From: Lama glama
Taxonomy: Eukaryota
Reading direction: 5' to 3'
Length of the DNA: 64,000 nt
Assembly (NCBI GenBank): GCA_028534125.1
Contig: CM052849.1
Span: forward strand, 20,646,001-20,710,000
Positions within the stretch are counted from its first letter, which is position 1, and every line of letters starts with the position of its first letter. Below are positions 60,194 through 64,000 of this stretch, in pieces. The notes beneath the pieces are model-generated. The model did no database searches. It was not told the origin of the DNA and saw nothing but the letters and a program-made list of their open reading frames with translations. The translations under genes were made by a program, and so were the position numbers.

Positions 60194-63188
60194 GTAAGCC
60201 CTCCCTGCTTCCCTGCCCCCTCCTGCTGACCTTGACCCAGCAAGGCAGGCCCTGGGGACCAGGCAGAAAGGCGGTGGTTCTCCTGTGGGGTGTGCAGGGA
60301 CCATGCGCCCTCCCCAGGCGGTGGAGGCTCGGCCTCACCTGGCTGAGGCCCGGATGCACTGCCTGGCCTCCCTGGAACCACAGGACTGGACCCCAGATCC
60401 CAGCCCTGTCAGCACCCATCTCAGTCCAGGGTTCCCTGGGATGAGGGCACCGAGGGCAGGGCGGGAGCTGTGCTCCGTTGAGGGCAAACGCAGCCCCTAG
60501 CATTTCCAGGCTGGGGCCATTAACATCACCCCAAAACAGAGACCTCTGCTAACAGCAGCAGTGACTAGCTAACTCCGGGTTTAGGCAGCAGGCATGGTAG
60601 CACAGGAGTAACCCAGGGGCCTTCCTGCCGTGTGGGTTTCCTCTGCCCTCCTATCCGCGGCTCCTGCCTTGGCCCTTGGGGTTCGGGAGTCCTTGGTTCT
60701 GGTCGTCTTCCGGGCCCCTCATGCGCCGGGGGTGGGTCGGGGGAGGCCACCCAGAGCTCCCGGCCCAGCAGCTGTGTGTGGGGCACCTACTGCGTGTCCA
60801 GTGGGTGCAAGTGCCCGGGCACTCATTTGTCTGCTTGTCCCGAAGCCCTGTGGGGTAGACATTGCTGCTTCCTGCCCTAGACATGGAAACCAAGGCACAG
60901 AGAGGGTAAGGAACCTGCCTGAGGTCACACAGCTGGGACCCAGCCGGCAGGGCGCGGGGTCCTCAGTGAACAAGCAGGCAGTTCACCTGAAGAATCTCAG
61001 GTGGTGAGGCTGGCGGGAGATGGTGGCACCAGTGTGCTGCACAAGTGTTCAGGCAGTGGGGACAATAACACGAGAGACTTTGTGGGAGACGGACACATGG
61101 GCCAGCTGGACACTGACTGGTGTCTAGGCAGACTTCTGTGAAGTGGAGCGCAGCTCTGTCGGGAGGTCTGTGTGGTGTCTGGTTCTCGGTTTCCACTTCC
61201 CTGGTGGGTCCTGGCCTGCCTGCGTCGGCAGGAGCTGTGGACGGACGACGGCCAGCCCCTCTGGTGTGGGCTTCATGCTCGAGCACAGCCCAGCTGACAA
61301 ATACACGAGCAAGTGTGGAAAGGAGTCGAAGGCCGCCTGGCGGGGCGAGCTGGGTCAGGGCGGCCTGCAGAGGATGCCTGGAGTCCGGGGGAGCAGCCTC
61401 CCGGCAGCGCACTGGTCTGGGCCGGGCAAGCGGCCACTAGCAAGCGTTTTATCCCAGGAGCCGGGGGCGGGGGGAGGAAGGGACCGGGGTCACGTGGTGG
61501 ATGGAGGAGGAGCAGGTGTGGACAGGTGAGGTCTGAGGACGTGCCGTCCACGGTGACTTGGCCCAGAAGCCCTGTGTGGGGTTGTTGCCATGCTCTGGAC
61601 TGTCCAGGGAAGGTGGCCAGAGGGCAGGGCGACTGGGAGGCGTCTGTAGGCCCGGGTGCCCTCCCCTCAGCCGTCCCACACATGCACAGGGCATCAGGGA
61701 CTGAGGGATGTGCTGGGCACTAGGTCAGCTGCCATGTTTCCACAGACACCGTCACTCCTGGGGTCTTTAATGAATCAAATCACAGCACCTGGGGAAGGCC
61801 CACTGCCTTCAGCACCTTCTTTCATTTAAAACCAGTTTGTAGGAAACGCTCTCTGAAGCCAAGGGCTGCTCTGAGGGACGGTGTGGGAACAGGGCTTCTG
61901 AGGCCCAGAGCTGCTGACTGCTCCGGCCAGGGCCCCTGTGGCCTGGCCCCTCCGTCAGTGCTGGTCCTGGCGTGTTTCTCCCTCCACCCCTGGGCCCACG
62001 CCTCCTCTAGGAGCAGGGACCCTGAGAATGGAGACCAGGGGGGGTTAGAAGGGCCCAGCTCCACACAGCAGCTCTGACCATGCACACCGAGAACGAGCGG
62101 TCACTGCTGCACACGGCCATCAATATCGGGCCGGCAGGCTGTGACCAAGGGCTGGTGGGAGGCCGTGGCTTTGGCCTCCTCCACACTCCTGTCTGCCCAG
62201 GAGCTGTGGGCAGTCCTGAGCTTTACTTGAGGGCCTGCCTGGCCCGGCCTGGCTGAGGAATGTTGGGGAGAGCTGGTGTCATCAGCAGGGGGCTGGGGGA
62301 AAGTTCACTCTGCACTGGTCTGGGGTGGGGTCTGGAACTGGTGGTTCTTGTCTTTCTGGAGATTCCCTGTGCAGCCTGAAGGGTTTTCAGGAAGGCCAGG
62401 GTCTGAGTTCTGGAACCTTCTGCTGGGAGAAACTGGCTGGTTTCTGTGTGGGGCTGACTTCTCTGCTGGGCTGGGCACTTGGCCCAAACCCCTCTGGAGC
62501 TTCCGCTGGGGCCTGGGTGTCTGGGGGCACTGAGGAGGAAGGGCAGATGCTGGCCAAGGGCAGAGCCCAGTCTTCCCCACTGCAGTGGGGTCCCAGCCAT
62601 GGCCAAAGTGCTGGGCCCTGTGTGGACCACACAGGTGATGCGGGGTACAGCCTGTCCGAGGGTGTGACAGCCCCTGACTCCATCGCTGGGCAGGCCTTGG
62701 TGGGCCTGACTCTCCTGGGCTACAGAGTTCTGAGTGAGTTAGCACAGAGCACCACCCCGTCTGCTGCTGTTTGTGGGGAGGGGGTCCCCTGAAGTGGGCA
62801 GGGCTGGGCCCTGCTTCAGAAAGCCCGCTGGCTGGTGAGCCGGGAAAAGGTGAAGGTTCCCCCGCAGTCACCCATGTTGCCTTCTCTGTGAGCACATGGG
62901 GCTTCTGTGACACTGGGGTGTGTCTCTGGGCAGCGTGAGATGGAGGCCAGAGGCCAGGGCTGAGATTCCAAGCAGCTGACTGCAGTGCAGCTCAGCCCAG
63001 GTGGAAGGAGGGGTGGCTGGGCTGAGCCCAAGAGCTGCCTGATTGCTGGGAGGTCTCGGGGCTTCCTGGAACAGCCACCGGGGAGAGGGGCTCCCCTCTT
63101 GGGCCCCAAGGCAGCTCACCAGCCAGCAGGGGCGCATCGTGTGATTTCTGCCCCTGGTGCACGTGCTGCCTGTCTACCACAGGGCCCC

Positions 63189-63430
63189 GTATCAGTTAGG
63201 AGCTGTATTTGGCTGCTGTAACAGAAACTGGCCTCAATGTGGCTTAATAAAAGAGTTTGTATTTCTCACCTAAAGCCCAGATGTGGGCCTTCCAGGCTGG
63301 CGTGGCCTGTCCATGGCCATCAGGCTCTGCTGTCTTTCTGCTTGGCCATTCTTGGCATGTGGCTTCCTTCCTCACAGTCACCTCTGAATCCAGAGAGGCA
63401 GCTGTAGCACCAGCCATCTCATCTGCATTC
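63189..63430 (-). mobile_element. MaLR LTR (MLT1J/K-like) fragment
   Basis: 'tatcagttagg...tttggctgctgtaacagaaac...tggcttaataaaagagttt...atttctca' and 'gcagctgtagcaccagccatctcatctgcattcc'. Confidence 0.65.
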
Positions 63431-64000
63431 CTCCTTCCCACACCGTTGATCATACAGAATGACTGACCGTACATATCACTGCAAGAAGTTAAAATTTTGT
63501 TCCAAGTGCAATGGGGAGCCACCATCCTGGGAGGTTCCTGCCCCACAGCCTTGCGCTGGCAGTGCTCCCTGGGGACACTGATTGTACGCTGTGGGTATCT
63601 CCCATGGTCCACAACTCTTCGTCTCCTCCATGGCAGGGCGCCTGGTGACTCGAGGCTCGTTGCTTCCGAGTTGGGGTGGTGGAGGCCAAGTGTCTCTGCA
63701 GTGTTTCCAGGATGCCAAAGTCCTGACCTATGAGCACGGGCAGGAGGCAAAACAACGTCCATTTACAGCAGTGCCCTCGCCTCTCCTGGAGCCTGGCCAT
63801 GAACCAGTACTTAGAATAGGGATGCCTCCCAGACTACACAAAGTCGGAGCAAGCTTGACTCGCCACATTCTTGGTGCACATTCTGACCGGAAGCAGCCGG
63901 TCAGAAGCCACCTGGGCTGCTCTGGGAGGGCAGGTCAGGGAAGGACGGGACGGTGGGAAGCCCCAAGCTCCAGCTCTTCTGGCCAATTTGCTTCTCACGA

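Overview
GC-rich mammalian genomic DNA, most likely camelid (inferred from a tRNA-Ala-derived SINE at 6621-6746). The window holds the CpG-island promoter and 5' part of FBRSL1 (fibrosin-like 1, AUTS2 family) on the + strand. Coding exons are at 9185-9463 (partly an N gap), 24831-25031, 40334-40438, 42513-42548 and 60164-60193; all introns are phase 0 and the gene continues past the window. The most striking element is a 1.3 kb alternative terminal coding exon (25895-27226) built from about 32 degenerate 39-nt units. These encode a basic Pro/Gln/Arg/Leu/Cys 13-aa repeat, and a candidate poly(A) site follows at about 28.47 kb. The same exon has a nearly open overlapping Ala/Pro frame. The 5' leader carries three tandem same-frame uORFs. 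The long introns contain several AT-rich islands of homeobox/PBX/MEIS/FOX motifs that look like enhancers. The rest is old interspersed repeats (MIR, L2, L1, MLT1, MER) and a solo ERV LTR. Nearly all listed ORFs are GC-content artefacts. Repeat family names and human comparisons come from recalled consensus sequences, not from searches, and their boundaries are approximate.
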